In this document: positions 62,615 through 64,000 of the stretch, one piece after another
How the letters are laid out: every line of letters begins with the position of its first letter
Numbering within the stretch: the stretch's first letter is position 1
Source: an uncultured Verrucomicrobiae bacterium
GTDB lineage: Bacteria > Verrucomicrobiota > Verrucomicrobiia > Chthoniobacterales > Chthoniobacteraceae
Direction of reading: 5' to 3'
Assembly (NCBI GenBank): GCA_963828525.1
Contig: CAWHEP010000016.1
Coordinates: forward strand, 21,959-85,958
DNA length: 64,000 bases
Translations under genes and position numbers: made by a program
The notes under the pieces: generated by a model
The model's input: only the letters and a program-made list of their open reading frames with translations
Databases searched by the model: none
Told to the model about the DNA's origin: nothing

Positions 62615-64000
62615 CTGACTCAGGAACAAATCGCGAAGGACATCTCCGAAAGCCTGCGCAAGCATGGCGTGAAGTTGACAGTAGGCGGAGAGCCAACGTA
62701 CGTGCCACTCGATTTCTCAGGCGCTGAGTGGTACATCACCGCTGTCGGCCCGACGAAGCTGAAATTCGCCTACAAGTTCGCCGCCGCATTGATGCGGGAC
62801 ACCATCAAAGGCGGCGTCATCTTTTACTCCCCTGGCAAATCGTATCCAGGCGAGGTGAACCCGCGCTGGGCGTTGAACATTCTTTGGAATCGAGATGGCA
62901 CGCCACTCTGTCCGGAGTTGTGCTCGGGGAAGCCCGGCAAGATCAACCCGCGCAGTTTGAACGGGGTAAGAAAGCAGATTGCGGAAAAGCTCGGGGTTGA
63001 CGACAACTGGCTGGCGGCGACGGATCCCCTGGCACTCCCACGTGGTATGGGTGCTTCCTCTCGATCACAACGGCAAGAAGTGGACGAGTGATCGCTGGCC
63101 CTTCAGGCGGAAGAAATTCAATCTCGTGGGAGCGGAAGGCCCGGCCGGCTTGCGGCTCCCCCTCAACCTCGTGCCAAAGGATGCCAGCAAGCGGGCGCTT
63201 GTGCTGGAAGTTGCTTCGGACGGGTGCATATCTTCTTCCCGCGCTTTTGCAGCCACCTTTCCTTGAACTGCTTGGCGTCGCCGGTTCCAGCCTTATGGCG
63301 AATCGGTTTGGCCACTGTATATTCGAGGGCTATATCCCTTCCAATGAAAGCGGAGCGTGGAATCAGCTATCCCTCACGGCTGACCCTGGAGTTCTCGAAG
63401 TCAATCTGCCGCCCTGCGGCGACGGCGAGGAATACCGCCGCTGGCTTGCGCTCGAGGCTGCGGCTGCCCATGTCGGCATGCGTTCCTACAAGGAAATCTC
63501 TCCCGAAGAGGAGATCGGGACCGGGGGGGGAAATCACATTCTGTTTGGCGGGCCGACTTGGAGGAGAACGCTTTTTTCAAAAATCCAGGATGGATCACTT
63601 CAATCCTGCGCTATTGGCAGCATCATCCTTCTCTTTCCTATCTTTTTACGGGCAGCTACGTGGGTCCATCCTCTCAGGCGCCGCGCCCCGACGAGTCCTC
63701 GCGCAGCCTCTACGACCTCGAGATGGCCTATCGTTTCTTGGAAAATCTTCCACGCGGTGACAACCGCGACCTGATCAGCCAGACCCTCCGGCATCTCCAC
63801 ATCGACGGCACCGGGAACACGCACCGCAGCGAAGTGAGTTTCGATAAATTCTGGAATGTGTCATGGGAAGGCGGCTGCCGGGGCCTGATCGAATTCAGTG
63901 CGGTAGAATCCCTCCCGCGCGCGGAGTGGATGTCTCATGTTGCTCTTCTATGGCAGGCGCTCGCTGCCATGCTTCTTGAGAAGCCTTTCACCGCGAACTG
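62615..64000 (+). CDS. DUF2126 putative amidoligase (COOH-NH2 ligase-like), frameshifted, runs off window
   Basis: LTVGGEPTYV, GKSYPGEVNPRWAL, PAGLRLPL, DPGVLEVNLPP, GTGGGNHI, SQAPRPDE, GNTHRSE across several frames. Confidence 0.82.

Noticed and set aside
1..64000. CRISPR arrays, IS elements, prophage genes, rRNA
   Set aside because: No regularly spaced repeats, transposase, integrase or phage structural motifs, or rRNA-like sequence were seen by eye.

Overview
A gene-dense, GC-rich bacterial chromosomal segment. It is probably from Verrucomicrobiota or another PVC-type diderm; this is inferred from a PEP-CTERM protein, prepilin-type genes and several PilB/PilT paralogs, not from a marker-gene search. 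Many genes carry single-base indels, often in homopolymers, which suggests unpolished long-read sequence, so split ORFs were rejoined by hand. Housekeeping genes include recR, lipA, pdxJ, rdgB, ilvD, miaA, tsf, tilS, msrA, a ClpX-like ATPase, tRNA-Leu(CAA) and tRNA-Val(TAC). Other content: a Gld-like ABC exporter operon, an FTR1 iron permease with a Fur-box-like palindrome, and two glycoside hydrolases. The most notable elements are: (1) a compact four-gene WXG100 + FtsK/SpoIIIE (type VII secretion-like) operon with none of the usual T7SS membrane partners nearby; (2) a type IV pilus cluster with three PilB paralogs facing an operon that encodes a catalytically degenerate MglA-like GTPase and a large Pro-rich Roadblock/MglB-like protein; (3) a candidate ~215-nt structured RNA upstream of an RRM protein gene; (4) a class III nucleotide cyclase with its catalytic residues substituted; (5) a circularly permuted ATP-grasp / alpha-E / transglutaminase / DUF2126 peptide-ligase operon that runs off the right edge. 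No CRISPR array, rRNA, transposase or integrase was seen.
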